NCBI GenBank assembly: GCA_050179685.1
Contig: JBFXEW010000016.1
Span: 45,620-109,619 of the forward strand
Direction: 5' to 3'
From: Salinivirgaceae bacterium
GTDB taxonomy: Bacteria; Bacteroidota; Bacteroidia; Bacteroidales; SZUA-534
Length of the DNA stretch: 64,000 nucleotides
A model generated the notes under the pieces. That model was not told the DNA's origin, ran no database searches, and was given only the letters and a program-made list of their open reading frames with translations. The first letter of the stretch is position 1, and each line of letters starts with the position of its first letter. Both the position numbers and the translations under genes were made by a program. Positions 31,315 through 39,518 of the stretch are shown here, piece by piece.

Positions 31315-32286
31315 ATGGAAAAAATACTTGCATTTGTTGATTTGCTAGGTTTTAGTCAAATGGTGAATACTGATGAAAATAAAGCTAGAATTATTCTGAA
31401 TGACTTTTACAATATTGCTTTCACTGAAATCAAAGGCAAGCCAAATGTAAATGGACATTTGTTTTCTGATTCACTATTAGCATATTCAAGTTCTAGAGAA
31501 GACTTGATAAATTGTCTTGCCGCTATTTATCAAAAATGCCTTTTGAAAAATGACTCTTACAGCGAGTTGTCAAAGTTTTTTCTTTTACCTCGTGGTGCAA
31601 TGAGTGTAGGTATTGTGAATGTTGAAGACAGGCAAACAGCTCCAAACCTTACTAAAGATTTTATTGTGAGTCAAGCATTAGTTCATTCAGCAAAACTGGA
31701 AGCGCAAATCAAGGGAAGTCGCTTGCTTGTTGCTGCCAAAAATGAAGAACAACAACAAATGCAACTTGATTGGAATAGAAATATTAGATATGGTTTGTAT
31801 CAGGACGATGCTCTTACATTCCTTGAAAATTATAAATACAAAGACGTTTTATGGTTTTCATCATTTGACGATGGAAATAACCAACGGGATAACCTCATAA
31901 ACCTAATTGACATCGCAATAAAATTAGTCAAAGACAATTCAAGAAATGAAAAAGTTTTATTACAACATATTTGGACATTGAGAATCGGTCTTTTATCGTA
32001 TTCTAAATATTTAGGCCAAGAAAGTGACCCTGTTTTAAATAGAATTATAAGAGAGTTTAAGGCAGACCAATATTGGCTATTGTGGATGACACTAATTGAA
32101 ATGATTGTAAATAGCACAACTGAATGGAAATATGCAGCAAGTAAAAAAATTGTTGATTTTTACAAAAAAACAAGTTTGAAAAAAGGTTGGAGTAACTTAA
32201 TCGAAGAGTTGAACAAGCCAGGAGAACAATATGCATTAAAATGTTTTGAGAAATTTATAGATGAAATGTCAATTCAAACAATATAA
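31315..32286 (+). CDS. Nucleotidyl-cyclase-like N-terminal domain plus helical C-terminal region
   Basis: ILAFVDLLGF...LFSDSLL...LPRGAMSVG...SQALVHSAKLE; 19 nt downstream of the small gene. Confidence 0.6.
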   Translation: MEKILAFVDLLGFSQMVNTDENKARIILNDFYNIAFTEIKGKPNVNGHLFSDSLLAYSSSREDLINCLAAIYQKCLLKNDSYSELSKFFLLPRGAMSVGIVNVEDRQTAPNLTKDFIVSQALVHSAKLEAQIKGSRLLVAAKNEEQQQMQLDWNRNIRYGLYQDDALTFLENYKYKDVLWFSSFDDGNNQRDNLINLIDIAIKLVKDNSRNEKVLLQHIWTLRIGLLSYSKYLGQESDPVLNRIIREFKADQYWLLWMTLIEMIVNSTTEWKYAASKKIVDFYKKTSLKKGWSNLIEELNKPGEQYALKCFEKFIDEMSIQTI

Positions 32287-32287
32287 A

Positions 32288-32360
32288 AAACGAACCACTA
32301 ACACTTACCCTCCAATAAAGCCTTGCTTGTATACGCTTTGCATTGGAGGGTAGGTTGAAC
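32288..32360 (+). repeat. attC-like hairpin closing the three-gene cassette
   Basis: accactAAC, then taccctccaat/aaagc pairing with gcttt/attggagggta, then GTTGAAC (GTTRRRY) at 32354. Confidence 0.65.
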
Positions 32361-32522
32361 TAAACATGGCCTGCTTACAACTACCTTCCGATTAGTTGTT
32401 TGAGCATAGTGTTTCCAATCGGTTTTTTTCAAGAGCTCCCGAGGCGATTTTTCAGGGTTTTCATAATCCAAGGTTTGGTATAATACGGGAATGCGTCGGC
32501 GTTAGTAGGAATTCTAGTTAGC

Positions 32523-33052
32523 ACGGTGCGGTGGGCATGCAAAACCAGGTGTGGAATTGTCGATAAGGGTAAAGTGGCACCAGTGTTTCAGGACGAAACC
32601 AAACCTTCACGACCTTGAGTTGGGGAACTTGCAAAGCGCAGGGAAGTTCTTATCTCTAAACTCCACCAACTTTAGTCACTCAAGTTACTCCAAATACTCC
32701 AACCACAAGCCCCAGCGGGGCGTAAGCTTGGTAGCCCCGGGTTTCAACCCGGGGGATAAGGAGTATGAAAGAATAAGCGGTGCAAGCAGCAAAACAACCA
32801 TAAAAAACAGGCCATTTATGCACCGCAAAAAGCGGCAGGCCGCAATTAAAACCATCAATACAAACAAAAATATTCATTAACCATGTCCTCACCTTACGCA
32901 ATCTAAAATTGCCAATCTGAAATCGTTAATCGCTTATCTGAAATCATTAACCACAAAAACCTCATGAAATGTCTTGTGTCTTGAGTCTTAAGTCTAGCGT
33001 CTAAACGCTAACCCCCCATGTTCATCGAACAGGCCTCTAACCCCCATCAACT
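32523..33052. repeat. Long direct repeat copy A (non-coding, REP-like hairpins)
   Basis: Colinear with 34420-35138, e.g. aaaaccaggtgtggaattgtcgataagggtaaag and ttgcaaagcgcagggaagttcttatctctaaactccaccaactttagtcac identical. Confidence 0.9.
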
Positions 33053-33073
33053 CATCGCCACTCTACTCCGGAC

Positions 33074-33107
33074 AAAAAAAAATGCGCCTTAGTCCTTAGC
33101 GCATTTT
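33074..33107 (-). terminator. Intrinsic terminator for the minus-strand 230-aa gene
   Basis: aaaaaaaaatgcgc...gcgcatttt just past the stop codon. Confidence 0.65.
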
Positions 33108-33130
33108 CGTTTCGTTTCCCGCTAGTTGAT

Positions 33131-33823
33131 TTATTCTTCATTGGCAATTTCCTCTTCTTCTTTTTCATAGGCTCCCCGTAAATCAACAATTACTCGGGCA
33201 GCCTTATACTCATTGTAAAACACCGGCTCCTGGTCCTTTATAACCAGCATCAGTTTATCCATTTGCTCACGCAGCAGGGTATTTATTTCCTTAAAAAGCT
33301 CCTGCAGGCGCGAGGTTGCTGTACTGCGGGCAACAATTGCGGTGCGTGGTTTGGCTACCAGAGCGGCAAAATCATCAATTTCTTTCCGCAGTCCGCTGGT
33401 AGTCTCCGGTAGCAATCCATAAGGAGCCAGGGCTTCAGCATCCAGCCCACTGGCAATTTGGTGTATCCGGTTGCAACGATTCAGTAAACTGTTGTCGCCT
33501 ATCGTTTTTAAATACGAAGGCGACACTTTGACCTCTTGTTGAAGTTCCAGATTATTTTGGTCCACAGCATACACATAGATAGACGCTGCAACACGCAGGG
33601 TAATTTCTATCATTTCAGCTTCTTCTTTTTGTTTTTGAAGGGTAGTACCAGTTGACTTTCCTTCCTGAATTTGCTGAACTTCTTTTAGTTCTTCAAGCAG
33701 TGCCATAAATTTGCTTACAACAGCTGCAATTGCCGGCACTAAGGCCAGCTTAGCTCCATATTTGGTCAATATATTGGCTACGGCCAGATACGAAGACAAA
33801 TGATTATTTTGTACACGATTCAT
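33131..33823 (-). CDS. Hypothetical alpha-helical protein (230 aa)
   Basis: Clean ATG ORF with AT-rich leader and terminator; helical; ends FYNEYKAARVIVD plus acidic tail; resembles an uncharacterised Bacteroidota family from memory. Confidence 0.8.
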   Translation of the reverse strand: MNRVQNNHLSSYLAVANILTKYGAKLALVPAIAAVVSKFMALLEELKEVQQIQEGKSTGTTLQKQKEEAEMIEITLRVAASIYVYAVDQNNLELQQEVKVSPSYLKTIGDNSLLNRCNRIHQIASGLDAEALAPYGLLPETTSGLRKEIDDFAALVAKPRTAIVARSTATSRLQELFKEINTLLREQMDKLMLVIKDQEPVFYNEYKAARVIVDLRGAYEKEEEEIANEE

Positions 33824-33978
33824 AATATAATGGTTTTAGTTAGGGGAAACGCAGACTAAATTAAACCAATTCCTATAAATTTGCAAGAGGCAAAAACATG
33901 TTTCTGATCACATACTTGCTTGACAGTTAAATTGCTAACTAAGGTTAGGACCGATGCAAAGTAACCGTCCCTGGTGTT

Positions 33979-34335
33979 GTACCCGGCAACTATTTTGATG
34001 CACCCCATAACCTTAGCCTTGTTCCCGGCAACATCAAGGGTGTGCCAGCCAACATTAGCACCGTACCCGGCAACATCATTCGCATATTAGGCAACATTAG
34101 CATCGTACCAGCAAACATTAGCGTCGTGCCCGGTAACATCATTGGCATACTAGCCAACATTAGCATCGTACTAGCCAACACCAGGGGTGTACTAGCAAAC
34201 ATTAGCACTGTACTAGACAACATCATTGGCGTACTGGGCAACATTAGCATCGTACTAGGCAACATCAGGGGTGTACTAGCCAACATTAGCACCGTACTGG
34301 GCAACATCACGGGTGTGCCGTACAACTTCAGCTCA
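33979..34335. repeat. Tandem array of ~17 degenerate 21-bp units, consensus approx gtactaggcAACattagcatc
   Basis: Units read in register from 33979 to 34335 without indels; AAC invariant. Confidence 0.92.
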
Positions 34336-34419
34336 CACCTTTGGAGCTTGACCGGTTTACTGAGACCGATCCTTTTTTTGAAAGCTGTAATCACGATTAT
34401 TTATTGGAATTTAATTCGT

Positions 34420-35138
34420 ACGGTGCGGTGGGCACGCAAAACCAGGTGTGGAATTGTCGATAAGGGTAAAGCGGCTGTACCCATTCAGAACGAAACCGTA
34501 CATTCACAACCTTGAGTTGGGGTCTTTGCAAAGCGCAGGGAAGTTCTTATCTCTAAACTCCACCAACTTTAGTCACGCAAATTACTCCAAATACTCCAAC
34601 CACAAACCCCGAAGGGGTGTAATAATAATAGCCCCGGGTGTGAACCCGGGGAATACAACCACACAAGAAAGAGCGGTGCAAGCACCACAACAACCATAAA
34701 ATCAGGCCATCCATGCACCGCAAAAGGTGACGGGCCGCAATTAAAACCGTTTATATAAACAAAAATCTTCATTAACCAAGTCCTCACCTTACGCAATCTA
34801 AAATTGCCAATCTGAAATTAATGTCGTTTAGTTAAAGAAATTCACCCCTATAATCCCCTCAAGGGGATACCTGCAACGATGGAACAGAGCTGGTCCTTCC
34901 GCCGCGGCGGAGAGGTGCCCGCCTTGGCGGGCGGAGAGTGAAGTCTGCTTAACTAAACGACATTGAATCTGAAATCGTTAATCGCTTATCTGAAATCATT
35001 AACCACAAACTCCTCACAAAATGTCTAGCGTCTTAAGTCTAATATCTAACTTACCTGCCACACAGGCAGGAGTCTCGTGTCTTTAGTCATTATTCTAACC
35101 CGTCTATCCATCAGACAGGCCTCTAAACTCCATCAACT
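34420..35138. repeat. Long direct repeat copy B (interrupted by a MITE)
   Basis: Colinear with 32523-33052 apart from the insertion at 34819-34975. Confidence 0.9.
34819..34965. mobile_element. 147-bp MITE with IS4-like terminal inverted repeats and 10-bp target duplication
   Basis: TIR taatgtcgtttagttaa / ttaactaaacgacattg; aatctgaaat at 34809-18 and 34966-75; empty site with one aatctgaaat at 32914-23. Confidence 0.88.
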
Positions 35139-35393
35139 TTAGTCACTTTATGAACTTAAGCCACTTTAAGTACTCATCTTAACACGCACCGTCTAGGGTG
35201 TAACACGCGCAATGCATGGAGTGACACCAAATAAGTTTACTGTATTATTTCCGTCAGCACACGGTGTTGAAAAGGCTTTTTCGATAAAAATAAGGACATT
35301 ATAGCTTTTTAGCTGCTCAATGTCATAAACTACAGATAAATCATTCGTTGCTTAATAAGGATAGGTTTATTACTTTTGCCCATATTTTTATTT

Positions 35394-36017
35394 ATGGAAC
35401 ACGATATTGAGAACCGGGTTTATTCTGAAAACGTAATTGGTTTTACCACTTTAGCAGTTGAGTACTGTAACCTGCTCGACGGGGTAGCTTTACTTTCACA
35501 AAAAGATTTTATCGACAAGGCACACCGCTTGTTGCCGCTTATTTATTTAAAAGCCATTATTCTGCCCGAAGTGGAACCCGAGATGCCCGATATGATTGAT
35601 AAATCGGTTACTCAGGAGGAATGGGAGGCGGTGCATACTACCCTGTTAAAGAAGCTTAGCGGAGTGGATGAATACCAGGAAGTATGGGATTCCCTGAACG
35701 ATTCGCAGCAAATGAATAGTTTATCGGAAGGCTTTACCGATATTTATCAGGACTTGAAAGATTACATTGCTCTTTATAATATGGGAACTCCCGAAATTAT
35801 GAACGATGCCATTTGGGAGTGCAAAAACAATTTCAAACAGTTCTGGGGCCAGCGCCTGATGAATATTACCCGGGTTTTGCATCATCTGTTGTATGGCGGA
35901 GTTTCCCTTAACGAGTCGGATGCTTTAAGCGAAGCGGACTTTGATCCCGAAAACTGGGGCAAAAAAGATTGGTCCGATTTGGGCTTCCAAAGCGAAAGTG
36001 AAGATACTTATGAATAA
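35394..36017 (+). CDS. DUF5063-family protein (ATG 35394)
   Basis: NVIGFTTLAVEYC...LLPLIYLKA...LSEGFTDIYQDLKDY...WGQRL; TACTTTTG promoter motif at 35371. Confidence 0.75.
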   Translation: MEHDIENRVYSENVIGFTTLAVEYCNLLDGVALLSQKDFIDKAHRLLPLIYLKAIILPEVEPEMPDMIDKSVTQEEWEAVHTTLLKKLSGVDEYQEVWDSLNDSQQMNSLSEGFTDIYQDLKDYIALYNMGTPEIMNDAIWECKNNFKQFWGQRLMNITRVLHHLLYGGVSLNESDALSEADFDPENWGKKDWSDLGFQSESEDTYE

Positions 36018-36591
36018 ATCGATTTCAAAAGAAGAATTAAATGTACTTCCCATACAAAGTTTCGAAGGGGAAATTGTGGTAATCGACTATGCCCGCGACC
36101 TTAAAAAGATACTTCCCTATTTGTTAAAGCAAAAGGTATTGGGTTTTGATACCGAAACCAAGCCAACCTTTGCCAAGGGAAAGAAAAACCAGGTTGCCTT
36201 GCTGCAATTAGCTACCGAAAAATCAGCTTTTCTTTTCCGAATTAATAAAATGGGCCTGCCTGCCGAACTGGTTGAGGTTTTGGCCAGTCCCGGCATCACC
36301 AAAGTAGGAGTGGCCATTAATGATGATATTAAGGCACTGCGCTGTCTTACCAATTTCAAGCCCGGTGGCTTTGTCGAAATTCAGGAAAAAGTTAAGGACT
36401 TTGATATCGAAAACTTTGGGTTGAAAAAACTTTCGGGCCTGCTCCTGGGGTTCCGCATCTCAAAAGCACAGCAAACATCGAACTGGGAAGCTGAGCAACT
36501 CACCGAAGCGCAGCTAAAATATGCTGCCACCGATGCCTGGGTTTCGCTCGGAATTTACAACCGATTGCTCGAGATTGAGCAGGCATCATAA
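36010..36591 (+). CDS. 3'-5' exonuclease (RNase D/WRN-like DEDDy); ATG 36010
   Basis: GFDTETKP, LLQLA, KVGV, SNWE, YAATDA. Confidence 0.88.
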   Translation: MNKSISKEELNVLPIQSFEGEIVVIDYARDLKKILPYLLKQKVLGFDTETKPTFAKGKKNQVALLQLATEKSAFLFRINKMGLPAELVEVLASPGITKVGVAINDDIKALRCLTNFKPGGFVEIQEKVKDFDIENFGLKKLSGLLLGFRISKAQQTSNWEAEQLTEAQLKYAATDAWVSLGIYNRLLEIEQAS

Positions 36592-36627
36592 ACCACACAA
36601 AACTAAACGGCTTAACACAGTAAACAC

Positions 36628-37812
36628 ATGGAACTGATTCAAGTGATTTTAAAATCGGGTAAGGAACAATCCATCCGCAGGTTGCATCCCTGGGTTTTTT
36701 CGGGAGCCATTAAAGAAATGAGCCGTAAACCAGCCGAAGGCGATGTTGTGGAGGTATTGGACAACAAGAACGAGTTCCTGGCTTTAGGGCATTTTCAGGT
36801 TGGTTCCATTGCGGTGCGTATATTTAGTTTCGAAAAAGTTCGTATCGACGATATTTTCTGGAAGAATAAATTAAAAGCAGCCATTAACTTCCGCCAGCAA
36901 TTAGGATATTTTGATAATCCGGACTTAAATGTTTTCCGGCTGGTTCATGGCGAAGGTGATGACATGCCCGGCTTAATTGTGGACTACTACAACGGAACGG
37001 CAGTTCTGCAAGCTCATTCGGTGGGCATGTATTTGCTTCGCGAAAAACTGGCCTTGCTCTTAAAGCAATTGTTAAGCGATAAACTTACGGCGGTTTACGA
37101 TAAAAGCGAAGGAACTTTACCATTTAAAGCCGGTTTAGATCCACACGATGCTTATTTGCTTGGCGAATCCCAACAAAACGAAGTTATGGAGTACGGCAAC
37201 CGTTTTTCCATCGATTGGGAACAGGGCCAAAAGACTGGTTTTTTTATCGATCAGCGGGAGAACCGGAAACTGCTGGCAGATTATTCATCAGGCAAAAAAG
37301 TATGCAATGTGTTTGGCTATACCGGAGGTTTCTCAGTTTACGCCTTAAAAGCCGGAGCCACACTCGTTCATTCGGTCGATGCATCGAAACAGGCCATTGA
37401 ACTCACCCGTAAGAATGTGGAATTGAACTTTGGCAGTAATGCACCCCATGAGGGTTTTGCCAGGGATGCCTTCGATTTTTTTAATCAGACCAAGGAAGCT
37501 TACGATGTTATCGTTCTCGATCCGCCCGCTTTTGCCAAACATCAGAAAGCCTTGCACAATGCCTTACAGGGCTATAAAAAGATTAACCAGAAAGCATTGG
37601 AACAGATAAAGCCGGGTGGTATTTTATTTACATTTAGTTGCTCGCAGGCAGTAAGCCGCGAGGAGTTCCGCAAGTCGGTTTTTGCTGCCAGTGTAAATGC
37701 CGGACGTAAGGTACGCATCCTGCATCAGTTGACTCAGCCGGCTGATCATCCCATCAGCATTTACCATCCCGAAAGTGAGTATTTAAAAGGCTTGGTGCTT
37801 CATGTAGAATAA
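36628..37812 (+). CDS. RlmI-like SAM-dependent rRNA methyltransferase with PUA domain
   Basis: HPWVFSGAI, GEGD.MPGLIVD, GQKTGFFIDQR, FGYTGGFS, LDPPAF, TFSCS, YLKG. Confidence 0.88.
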   Translation: MELIQVILKSGKEQSIRRLHPWVFSGAIKEMSRKPAEGDVVEVLDNKNEFLALGHFQVGSIAVRIFSFEKVRIDDIFWKNKLKAAINFRQQLGYFDNPDLNVFRLVHGEGDDMPGLIVDYYNGTAVLQAHSVGMYLLREKLALLLKQLLSDKLTAVYDKSEGTLPFKAGLDPHDAYLLGESQQNEVMEYGNRFSIDWEQGQKTGFFIDQRENRKLLADYSSGKKVCNVFGYTGGFSVYALKAGATLVHSVDASKQAIELTRKNVELNFGSNAPHEGFARDAFDFFNQTKEAYDVIVLDPPAFAKHQKALHNALQGYKKINQKALEQIKPGGILFTFSCSQAVSREEFRKSVFAASVNAGRKVRILHQLTQPADHPISIYHPESEYLKGLVLHVE

Positions 37813-37906
37813 AACCTGTTGCTTTGTTTTATTGAACAAAACCTGTGTTGAAATTTCTTGCTTTCAGCAAAGATACAATCGTGTTTTTTCCTGGAAGGAA
37901 GTAAGT

Positions 37907-39361
37907 TTATCCCGGTATCCGGAATCCGATTAAAAGCATGTCGTCAATTTGTTCTGCCGGGTTTGTGGTATTGGTTTCCATCCATTCATCCATTTGGTAA
38001 GCAAAAGCTTTTTGCTGTTCAATGCTATTTTGATTGCTGACCTGTAAGAGCCATTTTTTCAGATTCGTTGTCATCAGGCGCTTGCCTTTGGTATCAACCT
38101 GATCGGTGATGCCGTCGGTAAACATATAAATCATTTCGCCACCTTCTAAATTATGTGTGGTATTTGTAAAAAGCCGTTCGTTTAAGTAAATGCCAATGGG
38201 CATGTTATCGCCTTTAAATACGTGCAGGACATTGTTTTTTATCAGGTAAATCTGGCTTCGGGCGCCGGCAAATTCCATTTGTTTGCTGTCGGGATAATAA
38301 AGAATCAGCGAGAGTTCAATTCCGTCGCGCTGTTCATCGGGTTTGCCGGTTTGGTTCAACGCCACTTTAATTTGTTCGCGCAATTGGTTTAGCATGTCAG
38401 CGGCACTGCAAAACTGGTTGTCGCGAATTATTTCGTTCAGGTGCGACATACTCAGGATACTCATAAAACCTCCGGGAACCCCGTGTCCTGTGCAATCGGC
38501 GCAAATTAAAGCAAGACAGTCTTTACCCTGTGTTTTAAATTTTTTGAAGAAATAAAAATCGCCACTTACAATGTCGCGGGGCTGGTAGTAAACAAAGCTG
38601 TCGGTAAAGTACCTGTTTAAACGATCTTTTTCGGGTAAGAGTGCGTTTTGTATGCGTTGGGCGTACTGAATGCTGTTGGTAAGGTCGCTGTTTATTTTAT
38701 TAATCTTGTGGTTGGCATTTTCAAGCTTTTTATTCTGAGCCAGTATTTGTTCTTCCGATTTGTTGTTGATGTGATTCAGGAAAATAAACCCGGAAATAAG
38801 AATAATTATGGGGAAAATGATTAGATAATTCAAACGGTCGAAGGAATCGAAAGAAACCAACGAAAAATCGAGACCTACGCCCATGCTTTTATTCAGGCTG
38901 TCGACCCAGTAAATACAAGCCAGGTTGACAAAGATGGCCAATGCCAGGTGAAATTTACTTTTTGCATCGATAATTACCAGCGGAATAATTAAAAAACTTA
39001 ATAAAAAGACTTTGGGAAAAATATAAACCTCGAGGGGTATGGGCGGGGGAACCAACGTTTTGTTAACACTGCTGAACAGGGTAAGCGAAATAGGCATCAG
39101 CACAGCAAATAAAAAAGCAGCCATTTTATGGTGACCCAGTTTGTTTAACAGCGGGGTGCTTAAAATGATCAGTGAACTGGCCAGTCCTACGGCGTCGAAC
39201 GATACACTTTCGATAAAAATGAAAGCGATGTTCATACCAAATACTACAGCAAAGGTAATGTAAGCCAACTGGTTGGTCAGTATGGCTTTGCGGGCAGCAA
39301 TCATGCTCAGCGAATGATCGATACCAAAGTTTGAAAGTCGTGTCCAGAGTTGTTTTACCAT
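37907..39361 (-). CDS. Membrane-bound PP2C/SpoIIE-family phosphatase
   Basis: Several N-terminal TM segments, coiled coil, SIQYAQRIQNALLP, VSGDFY, ADCTGHGVPG, TDGITDQ, QIDDM. Confidence 0.88.
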   Translation of the reverse strand: MVKQLWTRLSNFGIDHSLSMIAARKAILTNQLAYITFAVVFGMNIAFIFIESVSFDAVGLASSLIILSTPLLNKLGHHKMAAFLFAVLMPISLTLFSSVNKTLVPPPIPLEVYIFPKVFLLSFLIIPLVIIDAKSKFHLALAIFVNLACIYWVDSLNKSMGVGLDFSLVSFDSFDRLNYLIIFPIIILISGFIFLNHINNKSEEQILAQNKKLENANHKINKINSDLTNSIQYAQRIQNALLPEKDRLNRYFTDSFVYYQPRDIVSGDFYFFKKFKTQGKDCLALICADCTGHGVPGGFMSILSMSHLNEIIRDNQFCSAADMLNQLREQIKVALNQTGKPDEQRDGIELSLILYYPDSKQMEFAGARSQIYLIKNNVLHVFKGDNMPIGIYLNERLFTNTTHNLEGGEMIYMFTDGITDQVDTKGKRLMTTNLKKWLLQVSNQNSIEQQKAFAYQMDEWMETNTTNPAEQIDDMLLIGFRIPG

Positions 39362-39518
39362 TACTGCTTTGCTTTTTGGTAAACCCGTCGGCTATAAACG
39401 CATATAGCTGGCGGGTTTACCCTATTTAAGCCGGATAAAGATAACTAACAAATTCATTGTTACCTACTTAAATTCGTATGCTTTACAAATTATCGCCTTG
39501 TAAAAAATAACTTTCCGG

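Noticed and set aside
32551-32901. ORFs 32551-32880, 32680-32901, 32685-32867 and their counterparts at 34448-34796
   Set aside because: They lie in the structured repeats; differences between copies are non-synonymous and change frame or length, so they are unlikely to be coding
33979-34335. CRISPR array or DGR template repeat (AAC-rich)
   Set aside because: Units are contiguous with no unique spacers; no cas or reverse transcriptase gene in the window; no second copy differing only at adenines
33990-34394. Minus-strand Met/Leu-rich ORF over the 21-bp array
   Set aside because: Open only because the repeat lacks stops; synonymous variation favours the + frame if any
34415-34440. Group II intron domain V remnant (cgtacggtgcggtggg)
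   Set aside because: Only superficial similarity; no matching 5' arm with catalytic triad and no RT gene
26694-35375. Integrase, transposase or RAYT gene for the accessory region
   Set aside because: No tyrosine recombinase, DDE or HUH motifs seen in any ORF here; the mobilising enzyme must be elsewhere or lost
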